A stretch of 64,000 nucleotides of DNA from Methanobacteriota archaeon (GTDB lineage Archaea; Thermoplasmatota; Poseidoniia; Poseidoniales; Thalassarchaeaceae), in NCBI GenBank assembly GCA_018654845.1, contig JABIKU010000011.1, positions 29,596-93,595 of the forward strand, in the 5' to 3' direction. This document shows positions 25,666-35,605 of this stretch, piece by piece (position 1 is the stretch's first letter; each line of letters starts with the position of its first letter). A program made the translations under genes and the position numbers. The notes under the pieces were generated by a model. It did not search any database. It was not told the DNA's origin and worked only from the letters and a program-made list of their open reading frames with translations.

Positions 25666-27393
25666 TTACATTCGTTCGGGCGATTCTATTCCCAATAGGT
25701 CAAGGCCCGTATTGAGAATTCTAGCTGTCAAATCGCAAAGGGCCAATCGACTGAGTTTTACAGATTCTTCTTCAGCGATTAACACAGGGCAATTCTCGTA
25801 AAATGCTGCGAATGATTGAGCAAGTGAATGAAGGTATGTCGCCAATCGATGTGGAAGGTATTTCTCACATGAATCATCAAGCGCTTCTGCAAATCCAATG
25901 ATGCTTCGAGCGAGTGCTAGTTCACTGGGTTCAACTAAACTGATTACAGATTCTCGAGCTGATTCTCTTTTTATTCCAGATTTATTGAAGATTGAACAAA
26001 TTCTTGCGTGAGCATATTGCAAATATGGTGAAGTATTCCCTTCAAAAGATAGCATTTTTTCCCAATCAAAGGTGTAATCTTTGGTTCTATCTGAAGATAA
26101 ATCTGAATACTTGACCGCGCCAATTCCAATTATTCTAGCAATTTCTGCACGCTCCGATTCAGATAATTCTTGATTTTTCTCAGCAATTGCAGCATCAGCT
26201 CGCAAAACAGCCTCATCTAGTAAATCTTTCAAACTGATTGCAAGACCGCCTCGGCTAGCTAATTTTTTCCCATCGGTGCCAAGTACCATACCAAATGGAA
26301 TGTGTACTGCCCGAATCGATTCGTCCATGAATCCAGCATTTCTAGCCACTTCAAAAACCATAGCAAAATGCTGTGTTTGCTCCTGGCCAACAACATATAG
26401 GAACTCTGTGCTGCCAATATTTTCTACACGGTCGATGATACAAGCCAAATCTGTTGTTGCATAATTGAAGCCACCATCTCCTTTACGAATTATCAGAGGT
26501 AAAGGCTCACCTTCACGATTCACCCAACCCTCAAGGAAAACAACTTCTGCACCTTGACTGAACGATAGTAAATTGGCTTGCTCGAGACGAGTGACAACTT
26601 CAGGAAGAAGTACTTCATACTTCGATTCTCCAGCCAAATCCTCATTGGTCAGCAATACGCCTAATTTTTGATAAACATCATTGAAATGAACAAGCGAAAT
26701 ATCTACAAGTTGTTGCCATAATTCTAGGGTAGATTCATCGCCAGATTGTAATTTTACAACACGATTTCTAGATTTATTGGCAAATTCTTCATTTTCGTCA
26801 AATTTTGAACGTGCCTTCTTGTAAAATGACTCGAAATCAATATCTACGACAGCAACCGATTCCAATTCGAGATAATGCTCGATTAGCATTCCGAACGGTG
26901 TGCCCCAATCTCCGATATGGTTTTCGGGGACTACATGATGGCCTTTGTAAGTCAACATTCGATTAAGAGCATCACCGATGACAGTTGATCGGAGGTGGCC
27001 AACATGCATTGTTTTAGCAACGTTAGGTGAAGAATAATCTATGACGATGATTCGTTGTTTTTCGATATTGACTCCGAATCTATCATCAGATGCAACATCG
27101 GCTACAGCATTTTCTAGCCAATTTGGAGTGGCGGTAAAATTGAGGAATCCGTTTATTGAGTCAACTTCAGCAATTGATGACATCTTGTCTTGACAGGCAA
27201 CTGAAATTTCTTTGGCAATGACGACTGGGGATTTTCTCATAACTCTTGCGAGTGCATGACAAGGCATGGCTACATCTCCGTGAGCGGTGTCCGTAGCTTG
27301 GGTAAGAAGAGGAGTCCAATCTGACTTGTCGATGCCCAAATCATCCATAACTTCGGCTAAATTATTACTAATTAAGGTGACAATATCCCTCAT
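25666..27393 (-). CDS. argS: Arginyl-tRNA synthetase
   Basis: DYSSPNVAKTMHVGHLRS, NHIGDWGTPFGML, GIGAVKYSDLS, GNTSPYLQYAHARI, PERM end. Confidence 0.97.
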   Translation of the reverse strand: MRDIVTLISNNLAEVMDDLGIDKSDWTPLLTQATDTAHGDVAMPCHALARVMRKSPVVIAKEISVACQDKMSSIAEVDSINGFLNFTATPNWLENAVADVASDDRFGVNIEKQRIIVIDYSSPNVAKTMHVGHLRSTVIGDALNRMLTYKGHHVVPENHIGDWGTPFGMLIEHYLELESVAVVDIDFESFYKKARSKFDENEEFANKSRNRVVKLQSGDESTLELWQQLVDISLVHFNDVYQKLGVLLTNEDLAGESKYEVLLPEVVTRLEQANLLSFSQGAEVVFLEGWVNREGEPLPLIIRKGDGGFNYATTDLACIIDRVENIGSTEFLYVVGQEQTQHFAMVFEVARNAGFMDESIRAVHIPFGMVLGTDGKKLASRGGLAISLKDLLDEAVLRADAAIAEKNQELSESERAEIARIIGIGAVKYSDLSSDRTKDYTFDWEKMLSFEGNTSPYLQYAHARICSIFNKSGIKRESARESVISLVEPSELALARSIIGFAEALDDSCEKYLPHRLATYLHSLAQSFAAFYENCPVLIAEEESVKLSRLALCDLTARILNTGLDLLGIESPERM

Positions 27394-27402
27394 TTCACCA
27401 CC

Positions 27403-28650
27403 TCAGGTCCATGCATATCTCAACATAGCAGCGATTCCGCCGAAGGAGCCATAAAGTGTATCTCCTTCTTCAGTATCGAGAGAAATAAGTGTTACTTTCG
27501 CAGAGGTATGACCAGCTAAAATACTCAATTCATCAATTAAATCTAGAGTTTTATCGGGAACCTCTCGGATATCATCTGTTTCACATTCAGGACAATTCGG
27601 AATATCTGTACGCTTGTTTTGTGTGGTTTCCCATTCATGGGAACAGCGTCGACAAAACCACGTCACACGCCGCTTATTGAGTCCTTCAGAAAGAAGTAGC
27701 ATTGCAACCGCACCTTGGTCGAGCGCGGCTCGTACCATCATCTCACCATAGGTTGCTTTAGGATGCGCTTGCATTACTTCTTTGAGGAAACTATCGACCA
27801 AGTTGCGCTCGGCATCAAGCTCTATCTGATCCATTAATCCACCCGCGCGTTGAACTAATTCTCGCAACCCAGAATCATTTGAATAACCGACATCGAAATG
27901 GGGTTCACGAATTAGTTTGCGAATTTCGTGGTGGAAATAATCATTTTTTACAACGAAATCCTTTGTCGCGCCTGGACCGCCAATGATGATTCCTTTCAGA
28001 TCCTCAATCATAGGCAACCAATATGCACAGGCACGCTCTGCAGATTTTTTGAAGAAATTATGAGCGGCTTCTTCAATTAGCCGCTCAAATCTTTGAGCTG
28101 ATTGACCACCTCTGCCGTGCTTTGAAGGGACCTGGGAGGTAATGTGTTCTTGGCAATGCATACGTTTGCCAGAAGCCAGCCCATATGCAGACTCGGAACG
28201 GTCGATTACGAATAGACCATATGCTGTTCTATCGATTAGCATATCTTCAAGCTGGCTGGCTTCAAAGGTAGAATCACATCGGTATCGGAATGATGTGAAC
28301 GGCTCAGGTGGATCATCGACAACGATACTAACCAAGCGGGTTTTGTTATTTCCAACAATCACATGACCTACGAAAAGTGCAATGCCTCGATCACCTGGAG
28401 TTTTGTATCTATTTAGTGTTGAAATTGCAGATTCAATTGCATCAGTCACATGTTTTTTAGTTGATTTTGATTTGATATTAGCGGCCTGACCAGCCTCTTG
28501 AGATAATTGCTGGCGCACATCATGTATCATTCTCTCAGGAGGAATAATTACAGATACTAATTCGGTACCCATTCCACGCATATTCCGAACCTCTTCGAGT
28601 ATCTTCCGCATACGTAATTTACGCTGCTGAACCTCCAAGTCATCAGACAT
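27403..28650 (-). CDS. prf1: Peptide chain release factor aRF1
   Basis: NIKS, YRCD, KHGRGGQSAQRF; GGAGG RBS before ATG at 28650; CxxC..CxxC insertion in C domain. Confidence 0.95.
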   Translation of the reverse strand: MSDDLEVQQRKLRMRKILEEVRNMRGMGTELVSVIIPPERMIHDVRQQLSQEAGQAANIKSKSTKKHVTDAIESAISTLNRYKTPGDRGIALFVGHVIVGNNKTRLVSIVVDDPPEPFTSFRYRCDSTFEASQLEDMLIDRTAYGLFVIDRSESAYGLASGKRMHCQEHITSQVPSKHGRGGQSAQRFERLIEEAAHNFFKKSAERACAYWLPMIEDLKGIIIGGPGATKDFVVKNDYFHHEIRKLIREPHFDVGYSNDSGLRELVQRAGGLMDQIELDAERNLVDSFLKEVMQAHPKATYGEMMVRAALDQGAVAMLLLSEGLNKRRVTWFCRRCSHEWETTQNKRTDIPNCPECETDDIREVPDKTLDLIDELSILAGHTSAKVTLISLDTEEGDTLYGSFGGIAAMLRYAWT

Positions 28651-28749
28651 ACTGTACCCTCCTGCTAATTGCCATTGAATATGGCATTTCAACCCTTCAT
28701 CCCAGACACAGCGTAGGCATTGATAGGTAGTAGGCACGCCCATTGTTCG

Positions 28750-29460
28750 ATGGTCTGCATAGTCATCGCCCTTGGTGGCAGTTTACTTCGTCCAGAAGTC
28801 GATGACCGACACGCTTGGTTAGAGGAATTAATCATCATTGTTCGCGATAGGGTTTCTGCTGGCGATAGAATTGGTTTAGTGATTGGTGGCGGTGCTCCCG
28901 CTAGAGAAGGAATCGGCCTAGCCCAACCATTGATTGATGATGTACATCACCTCGACAAAATTGGTATTGCAGCAACACGATTGAATGCAACAATTGTCCG
29001 TGAAGCACTCTCTGATGCCGGAATTTCCGTATCAGGTACAATCCCCCACAGAGTCGATGAAGCTGTTCAACTTCTTGAATCCCGTCCAGTTGTCGTGATG
29101 GGGGGAACTACTCCGGGTCATACTACCGATACAGTAGCGATTAGATTCGCAATCGCTACTAGTGCGAATCGATGCATTATCGCGACAAATGTCGGAAAGG
29201 TTTACTCAGCCGATCCAAGAAACAACTCAAATGCAGATGCTTTTGATAAATTAACTCATGATGAATTGCAAGAAATCGTCGGCCCGGACAAACATACCAG
29301 AGCAGGGGGGTCTTCAGTAGTAGATCCAGTAGGCGTTGGAGAGGCTAATCGAGCAAATATGACCCTGAATATTCTCGATGGCCGAGAAACAAATTTAATC
29401 AAAGCAGCACTCGAAGGAAATGATTTCAAAGGCACGACAATTATTACGGAGGAAAATTGA
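28750..29460 (+). CDS. pyrH: UMP kinase (archaeal type)
   Basis: IALGGS, GGGAPAR, MGGTTPGHTTD, VYSADP, AGGSSVVDP; ATG at 28750. Confidence 0.92.
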   Translation: MVCIVIALGGSLLRPEVDDRHAWLEELIIIVRDRVSAGDRIGLVIGGGAPAREGIGLAQPLIDDVHHLDKIGIAATRLNATIVREALSDAGISVSGTIPHRVDEAVQLLESRPVVVMGGTTPGHTTDTVAIRFAIATSANRCIIATNVGKVYSADPRNNSNADAFDKLTHDELQEIVGPDKHTRAGGSSVVDPVGVGEANRANMTLNILDGRETNLIKAALEGNDFKGTTIITEEN

Positions 29461-29777
29461 TGAGTAAGGCTGACAGATACTCAAAGATGGCAACCAGAAC
29501 TGCCAATCAAGCGAGAGAAGCTGCTGCGAGTGCTAAAGACCGTCAGAAATATCAACGAACAATTCAAGGCATGAATATAGAATCTCACAGACATTGTGTA
29601 ATCTGTTGGGCACCTATTCCAATCAAGAGTGAGCCCGCAGTTTGTGCAAATAACGATTGTGTTGAGAGCCAAACGAAAAAAGAATCGTCAAGAAAACGTC
29701 TGACAATAATGATGTATTTATTCCCTGGAATCGCTATTCTTCTGTTGATGATTCAACTCGCAGGAGCGTCAGGTTGA
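29460..29777 (+). CDS. DUF2116-like Zn-ribbon membrane protein
   Basis: HRHCVICWAPIP...C...C followed by a C-terminal TM helix; ATG overlaps pyrH TGA. Confidence 0.7.
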   Translation: MSKADRYSKMATRTANQAREAAASAKDRQKYQRTIQGMNIESHRHCVICWAPIPIKSEPAVCANNDCVESQTKKESSRKRLTIMMYLFPGIAILLLMIQLAGASG

Positions 29778-29805
29778 ACCGTATCAGCCTCAGGATGTGA
29801 ATTGG

Positions 29806-30387
29806 ATGATGGTCAGACTACTATCGGTTCTGCCAGGAATTGTTGGAGTTATTTGCGCTCTTCTCCTACTCGGTAGTTTGTTTGGGGTAGGATTGGGTGA
29901 GGAGCGCTCAACCGTCCCGATGGTACCTTGCCTAGATGATGACCTAGACGGTTGCTTAGTAGGTATGACTCCTGAAATTTCACCGCCAATGATTTTCATA
30001 TTATTAGATATACAGTTAACGTTTGAATGGGAGAAATTCGAGGAATCTTGGATTGGAGTCGTCCCGTCATCCTCTGCAGAAAATTGTCCACCTCATGATA
30101 ATGGATTGACCGATTGTACCGCAGAGGATTTCACTTTCGTCGCCGGCGGAGATAGCATAACGAATGGAAAATTCACCTGGGATATGGGCAACGAAGATTA
30201 CAGATTTGTTAGTGGGGGGCGAGAAGGAACTGATCTTGACGACCAACTGACCTATATCTCAACCGAAGTGAGTTTCAATCCTATCATCGAAATTATGCTC
30301 TTCGTTGTTTCATTATTGCTCTTAGCTGGAGCCGGAGAAATGGCATTTCCTTTGAAGAAACTCTGGAAGAAGTTTAGAGACGCTTGA
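29806..30387 (+). CDS. Hypothetical membrane protein (TM at each end, Cys-containing extracellular domain)
   Basis: Two hydrophobic termini; RBS-like GGATGTGA upstream of ATG 29806; in the pyrH unit. Confidence 0.6.
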   Translation: MMVRLLSVLPGIVGVICALLLLGSLFGVGLGEERSTVPMVPCLDDDLDGCLVGMTPEISPPMIFILLDIQLTFEWEKFEESWIGVVPSSSAENCPPHDNGLTDCTAEDFTFVAGGDSITNGKFTWDMGNEDYRFVSGGREGTDLDDQLTYISTEVSFNPIIEIMLFVVSLLLLAGAGEMAFPLKKLWKKFRDA

Positions 30388-30436
30388 GTGAAGTTTCTAT
30401 CGCTTGATTGAAAAACACTAGAGCACTCGCCAATTC

Positions 30437-30553
30437 ATGAGTAGTGCCTGTACGAATTGTGGTTCACCTGTCGATATTGGTGGATTGACAAAATCATATG
30501 GTGGATACGATGTTTACTGTACAAAATGTGGCCACACATTCCACGTCGATTAA
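30437..30553 (+). CDS. 38-aa zinc-finger microprotein (CxxC-x19-CxxC); absent from the ORF track
   Basis: Hand translation MSSACTNCGSPVDIGGLTKSYGGYDVYCTKCGHTFHVD*; fills the gap before the convergent NOG1 stop. Confidence 0.7.
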   Translation: MSSACTNCGSPVDIGGLTKSYGGYDVYCTKCGHTFHVD

Positions 30554-30554
30554 T

Positions 30555-31640
30555 TCAATCGAATTCGCTACGTTTGCGAATTTCACCAGGAGTTCCTAAT
30601 GGCTCTAGTTCGGGTTCTTGAACATGCCAATTCGCAGGTAATTTCAGTGGGTCTTCGATTTTATCGGCTCCAATAATTTCGATTAATTCAGCGCGGAGTT
30701 CTTCGATACCCTGGCCGTTGATGATGCTTACCAACCTCTCTGCATCATCTGGTGTTTCCTCTAAAAGATCCGACTTCGAATGTACAATAATAATTGGCCG
30801 TTCTGTGACTAAATCTCTAACTTCGACAAGTAGAGATGATTGTTCTTTGATTGATGTCCCTCCGGATTCAGATGCATCGATAAGGAATATTAGCACATCT
30901 CCGATGTGTTCCAAAGCTGCAATCGCTTGCATTTCGATAGCATTACGCTCACCCATCGGTCGGTCGAGCAGCCCGGGAGTATCGACAATTTGGTAAGCTC
31001 GTCGACGGTGTTCAAAATGACCTAGATGCAATTGTTTGGTTGTGAAGGGATACGATGCAATTTCAGGTTCACCTGTCGATAATGCTGAAATCAATGCGGA
31101 CTTTCCAACATTTGGCGAACCTGCAACGACAATAATTGGTTCTGCGGAATCGACTGCAGGTAATTTACGAAGAATATCTCTCGCTTCGCCTAACCAAATG
31201 ATTTGGTTAGAAACCTGATCTAAAATCGACACCATTCTTCCATAGGCATGCCTGCGAGCCTGATGAAATCCATCTATATCACGCAGACGGAGAATATTCT
31301 GCTGTGCTTCTCCAGATATTTTCCGAACCCGCTCAGCAGCCCAATGTATAGTCCCGAGGCTTTGACGATATTCATCGTTGCCAACCGCTGCATCAATCAA
31401 CGCTTGATCAAATTTAGAAAGAGAATTGAGGCTTGGCCACTTATCCACCCAATTCAATAGAGTAGTGTCAATTACATCAGCAGCGGCTTGAACCATACGA
31501 GTCATCTGCTTTCTAACCCGATGATATTTGTCAGGATCATCTACGAGGTCGGCTTGTTTTGAAGCCTTACGAAAGGCTTTGTCAATAATTTCTTGAGGGT
31601 AAAGAACTGTTGGAATCCGCCTCCACTCAACAACTCCCAT
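30555..31640 (-). CDS. NOG1-family GTP-binding protein
   Basis: IPTV....IIDKAF, GSPNVGKS, YPFTTK, DTPGLLDRP..ERNAIE, HSKSD. Confidence 0.92.
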   Translation of the reverse strand: MGVVEWRRIPTVLYPQEIIDKAFRKASKQADLVDDPDKYHRVRKQMTRMVQAAADVIDTTLLNWVDKWPSLNSLSKFDQALIDAAVGNDEYRQSLGTIHWAAERVRKISGEAQQNILRLRDIDGFHQARRHAYGRMVSILDQVSNQIIWLGEARDILRKLPAVDSAEPIIVVAGSPNVGKSALISALSTGEPEIASYPFTTKQLHLGHFEHRRRAYQIVDTPGLLDRPMGERNAIEMQAIAALEHIGDVLIFLIDASESGGTSIKEQSSLLVEVRDLVTERPIIIVHSKSDLLEETPDDAERLVSIINGQGIEELRAELIEIIGADKIEDPLKLPANWHVQEPELEPLGTPGEIRKRSEFD

Positions 31641-31759
31641 CGTTTCCCCTCACCCTGTCGCCACGACCATCCCACTTCAAATCAACAGTATGAGGGAATA
31701 TTATGAAACGATACACTTCGACCCGTTTCCTTTTCTATGACTTCGTTAACCGACCCCCT

Positions 31760-32212
31760 ATGGTTGGCGAGCGTCGAGGCAGGAGAGTTGGGGACTTGCC
31801 CGATTGGGCGAGGGATATTCACGAAATTTATGGATCTCCGGAATTATCAAAACTAGAAGATATTTACCTCGGTCCTCTCATCGGTCGAAAATCCGGATTA
31901 AGGAAGGATGATTTGATTGAAATTTTACTGGATGTGCGAGCCCTTCCAGAAGATAGTGACCCTTGGGCTCGGGGAATGTTAATCGGAACTTCTCGAAATG
32001 TTGTCGAAATTCTAGACCAAAACGGCCAATTTCGCTCTATCGCTCGTGATGTCATAGTAGAATTACGATTGGTCACTCATCTGAGAGCACCTTATATCGA
32101 AGACCGTGAATTACTTACTTTTGAAAAAGAAGATATGCGCCGCCGCTCAAACCTACACGAAGAAGCAGAGCGGCAAGCTGATGGACATGACGATAGCCAC
32201 CTCTGGGATTGA
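31760..32212 (+). CDS. Hypothetical protein (possible Sm/SH3-like beta core)
   Basis: ORF 31703-32212; probable ATG 31760; tightly coupled to the downstream ferredoxin. Confidence 0.55.
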   Translation: MVGERRGRRVGDLPDWARDIHEIYGSPELSKLEDIYLGPLIGRKSGLRKDDLIEILLDVRALPEDSDPWARGMLIGTSRNVVEILDQNGQFRSIARDVIVELRLVTHLRAPYIEDRELLTFEKEDMRRRSNLHEEAERQADGHDDSHLWD

Positions 32213-32213
32213 C

Positions 32214-32528
32214 ATGTCAGAAAATTTACGACTTCACGTATTCGTTTGCACAAATCAGCGAGATCCGTCGAAAACAAAGGAATGCTGTGCAGATAAAAAT
32301 TCACTTGAAATCATGACTCAAATCAAAAGAGCCGCTCGTTCATCTGGAATAAAAGATGTGAGAGTAAACAAATCTGGATGTTTGAATCAGTGTGAAAAGG
32401 GAGTGGCTTGTGTAGTTTATCCGCAAGGGGTTTGGTACACCATCCCCAAGGATGAAAGAGCAGTTTCTGAAATTGTAGAACACTTAGCAGGTGGTATAAT
32501 TGCTGAAAAATATTTGATGGGTGAATAA
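32214..32528 (+). CDS. Thioredoxin-like [2Fe-2S] ferredoxin
   Basis: HVFVCTNQR...CC...KSGCLNQC..G...VVYPQGVWY; ATG at 32214. Confidence 0.88.
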   Translation: MSENLRLHVFVCTNQRDPSKTKECCADKNSLEIMTQIKRAARSSGIKDVRVNKSGCLNQCEKGVACVVYPQGVWYTIPKDERAVSEIVEHLAGGIIAEKYLMGE

Positions 32529-33545
32529 ATGAAAAAAGTTGTATACACAAAAATCGGTGGTCCCAATTCTATTGAAATTCATGATTTTGAACCTGTTGAA
32601 TTAAAACACGATGAAGTAAGAGTCAGAATTTTTCGGGCTGGAATAAATTTTGCTGATTTGATGATGCGTCAAGGACTCTACGGTTCCAATCCTGATTTTC
32701 CATTTACCCCAGGATATGAGGTTAGTGGTGAAATCATAGAACTCGGAGAAGGAGTAGAAAGATTAGAAGTAGGACAGAGAGTCATAGTAATGACAGGTTT
32801 TGGTGGATATTCAGAACAAGTGGTGGCATCTACAAATCGAGTGATACCAATTCCTGATTCAATAAGTTACGATGCTGCGGCCACTCTTGGTGTCACTTAC
32901 GGAACAGCGTATCACATGCTCGTCCACCTTGGTAACATGAGGAAGGGGGAATCTGTCCTCATCCATCATGCCGCAGGAGGCGTGGGGACAGCAGCGGTCC
33001 AAATTTGTCAAGCACTCGGAGTAACGAATATCATCGGAACCGCTAGTTCATCTAAGAGAGAATTTGTAGAAAGTCTTGGAATGCGTTTCGTAGATAGAGA
33101 TGCTGAAGACTTCGTTATGGTATGCAAAGATATGACAAATGGCAAAGGGGTTCACCATGCTATAGATCCTGTTGGAGGTAAACATCTGATGAGGTCATAT
33201 AAGGCTCTGAGAAACGGAGGGAAACTCTACTGTTTTGGCGCTTCAGCAGCAGTTACGGGTCCGAAAAGGAATTACTTTTCTGCATTCAAAATGTGGCGTA
33301 GTACGCCGAAATTCAATCCATTAATTATGATGAATTCAAACAAAGCTATTTTTGGAGTACATATGGGTAGAATGGATGAATCAACTGTCTTTGAATCCCA
33401 TATGATGGATTTAGCGAAGATGCTCCAACAGGGGAAAATAGATCCTATCATTGATAGTGTCTGGAGATTCGAGAAGGTTGCAGATGCTCAACAGCACATG
33501 CATGACCGCAAGAATCGAGGAAAGGTGCTCTTAGACTTCTCGTGA
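32529..33545 (+). CDS. Zn-independent MDR quinone oxidoreductase (VAT-1-like)
   Basis: AGINFADLMMRQGLY, PFTPGYE, HHAAGGVGTAA, NRGKVLL. Confidence 0.85.
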   Translation: MKKVVYTKIGGPNSIEIHDFEPVELKHDEVRVRIFRAGINFADLMMRQGLYGSNPDFPFTPGYEVSGEIIELGEGVERLEVGQRVIVMTGFGGYSEQVVASTNRVIPIPDSISYDAAATLGVTYGTAYHMLVHLGNMRKGESVLIHHAAGGVGTAAVQICQALGVTNIIGTASSSKREFVESLGMRFVDRDAEDFVMVCKDMTNGKGVHHAIDPVGGKHLMRSYKALRNGGKLYCFGASAAVTGPKRNYFSAFKMWRSTPKFNPLIMMNSNKAIFGVHMGRMDESTVFESHMMDLAKMLQQGKIDPIIDSVWRFEKVADAQQHMHDRKNRGKVLLDFS

Positions 33546-33875
33546 TTAAAGCCCCTCAGGAACTAACATCGCTAGGATTTCAGCATTGCAGGCAAATTCG
33601 ATATCATCTGGAAGGTAGATTCCACCAGCGCCCCATGAAGCGCTAACCGCCTCTCCGATCACCTGGTAATGGTCACTTTCAATCACTGAATTCATCGTCT
33701 CTATATTCGGCCATACACTGACTGCGATAACCCTTTCACCATCTGCGGCTAATGCCCCTCTCAAACATCCATTCTCTAACGCAAATCCAAGGAAGTTTTC
33801 CTTCCAAACATTCGCCATTTCTTCTGTTACTTCATTTCCGTTGGTCTTAACAACCCAATACCTAGCTATTGGCAT
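33546..33875 (-). CDS. Small hypothetical protein, possible ABM/dimeric alpha-beta barrel
   Basis: VIAVSVWPNIETMNSVIESDHY resembles ABM-type segments; weak. Confidence 0.45.
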   Translation of the reverse strand: MPIARYWVVKTNGNEVTEEMANVWKENFLGFALENGCLRGALAADGERVIAVSVWPNIETMNSVIESDHYQVIGEAVSASWGAGGIYLPDDIEFACNAEILAMLVPEGL

Positions 33876-33973
33876 ATTTGTTCTGTGACATTAATGAGTA
33901 TAACAATTTCGCAGAATAATACTAATGATAATTGTGATTCACTTGATAAATTTATTACTTCTGTTGATTTCAA

Positions 33974-34387
33974 TCACAATCGAACGGGACGTGTTGCACC
34001 ACAAGCTTGGCACTTCAGTAAAGTAGTTCTATCCTCTTTGATAAATCTTGTATCAGGAGCTCTACATTGATTACAAAGAATGTAAGTTTTCACGTATAAT
34101 ACAATCTTTTCTTTGATTCTCTTAGGTGGCACACGCCCTTTGAATAATACACGAACTTGCTCTCGATTACCCGATGTTCCCAGTTCGTTTATCAAAAATT
34201 GGTAAACATGATTTGCATCACGATCCATCGCATCAACGATGGCTGAAAAATTCCTTAAAATCGTCTGATTTCCTTCAATCAAAATCTCTGGTTCAGGCAT
34301 AGTCCAGCGTGAACGCTCACTAATATTTTTTGGGATTCGCTCGCGAGCGCGCTCCAATAACGACTCGTATTCGAAGTCAACCATCAT
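33974..34387 (-). CDS. eif2b: Translation initiation factor aIF2 beta
   Basis: YESLLERA, GNQTILRNF, ELGTSG, CNQCRAPDT...CQACGA zinc ribbon. Confidence 0.93.
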   Translation of the reverse strand: MMVDFEYESLLERARERIPKNISERSRWTMPEPEILIEGNQTILRNFSAIVDAMDRDANHVYQFLINELGTSGNREQVRVLFKGRVPPKRIKEKIVLYVKTYILCNQCRAPDTRFIKEDRTTLLKCQACGATRPVRL

Positions 34388-34475
34388 CCCGCCGAGCCGA
34401 GTTCCCTTTTTCACCTCACCGGAACTAAAGTGCTCAATACCAATCGTCAAATGCTGATTTCGACCAGCACTCGAT

Positions 34476-34925
34476 ATGGATGAAGCAGTGGAGGTGAAAA
34501 TTGCCCGAACTCATGAAGATGCACGGCTTCCAACAAAAGGTAGTGAATTCGCAGCCGGTTGGGATATTTACGCATTGGAAGACACCGAAGTGCTCTATCG
34601 TACAGCCACATTGGTTCGTACTGGCTTACATGTCGCAATTCCAATCGGTTTCGAAGGCCAGGTACGAGCACGTTCCTCACTCGGCAAAAAAGGACTGATT
34701 CCACCACATGGAATAGGCACTATTGATGCCGATTACAGAGGAGAATTATTTGTTATGATGACATGGATTGGAAAGGGCGATTCATATGTTATTACAGCAG
34801 GCGAAAGAATCGCACAAATATTGATTACACCAATTCCTCGCTCGGAATTTATTGAAGTTAATTTTGATGATTTAGGGGAAACTGAGCGAGGTGAAGGTGG
34901 TTTTGGCTCAACTGGCCGATTTTGA
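34476..34925 (+). CDS. dut: dUTP diphosphatase
   Basis: AAGWDI, RSSLG, GTIDADYRGE, RIAQ, RGEGGFGSTG. Confidence 0.93.
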   Translation: MDEAVEVKIARTHEDARLPTKGSEFAAGWDIYALEDTEVLYRTATLVRTGLHVAIPIGFEGQVRARSSLGKKGLIPPHGIGTIDADYRGELFVMMTWIGKGDSYVITAGERIAQILITPIPRSEFIEVNFDDLGETERGEGGFGSTGRF

Positions 34926-35014
34926 ACTGCCTCTATAAAATCATTCAAAGAATGGCTCTCTGTGATAATTGATTCCCGATGGCTTGATAGATGTTGAATA
35001 ATGGGGATTAAATA

Positions 35015-35596
35015 ATGCCACTGAGCGTTGATGAACTACGGGCCAAAGTTGAGGCTTACAGAAGTAATGGCTTGAACACTCAACAAATCGCCGATGAACT
35101 CTCTCTTTCCCAAACTACGATTCAATGGTTGTCCTCTAGCAGCATCACTACTGATGACCATCCAACCGATGTTCAAGTAGGATGGAGATCGATTGCAGTT
35201 CGCGCCAGCCGAATCGAAGCAATTTCATATATTTTCGTTGACATTATCTATGAAGAACTCGACGCTGAAATCGATGCTATTGTCGGCATTAGCATCAATG
35301 GAATTCCATTCGCCCAAGCTATTGCGGGTCAAATGGATCTAGATTTGTCGATAAGCCGAAGTATCAATGAGGAGGAGGGTGCACATGTTTCCGAAATTTT
35401 TGCAAATGTTTCAGGAAAACGCGTGGTTGTCGTCGATGACGTCGTCTCATCCGGAACTACTCTGAAAAAAACCATTCAAAACCTTAGAAAAGCTGGCGCC
35501 GATGTTAAGCTCTGCCTGGTTTTAGCAAATAAATCTGAGGCAAATGCACTCGAAGGTGTGCCACTACGTGGCCTGGTTCGAGTAGTGACTGTTTGA
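35015..35596 (+). CDS. HTH + phosphoribosyltransferase-fold protein (OPRT-like / GfcR-family regulator)
   Basis: N-terminal HTH (GLNTQQIADELSLSQTTIQW) plus PRPP loop VVVVDDVVSSGTT. Confidence 0.75.
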   Translation: MPLSVDELRAKVEAYRSNGLNTQQIADELSLSQTTIQWLSSSSITTDDHPTDVQVGWRSIAVRASRIEAISYIFVDIIYEELDAEIDAIVGISINGIPFAQAIAGQMDLDLSISRSINEEEGAHVSEIFANVSGKRVVVVDDVVSSGTTLKKTIQNLRKAGADVKLCLVLANKSEANALEGVPLRGLVRVVTV

Positions 35597-35605
35597 GGGA
35601 AACAT

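Noticed and set aside
28651-28743. Cys-containing N-terminal extension of aRF1 in the ORF track
   Set aside because: A GGAGG RBS precedes the ATG at 28650; the extension lies in the divergent prf1/pyrH promoter gap.
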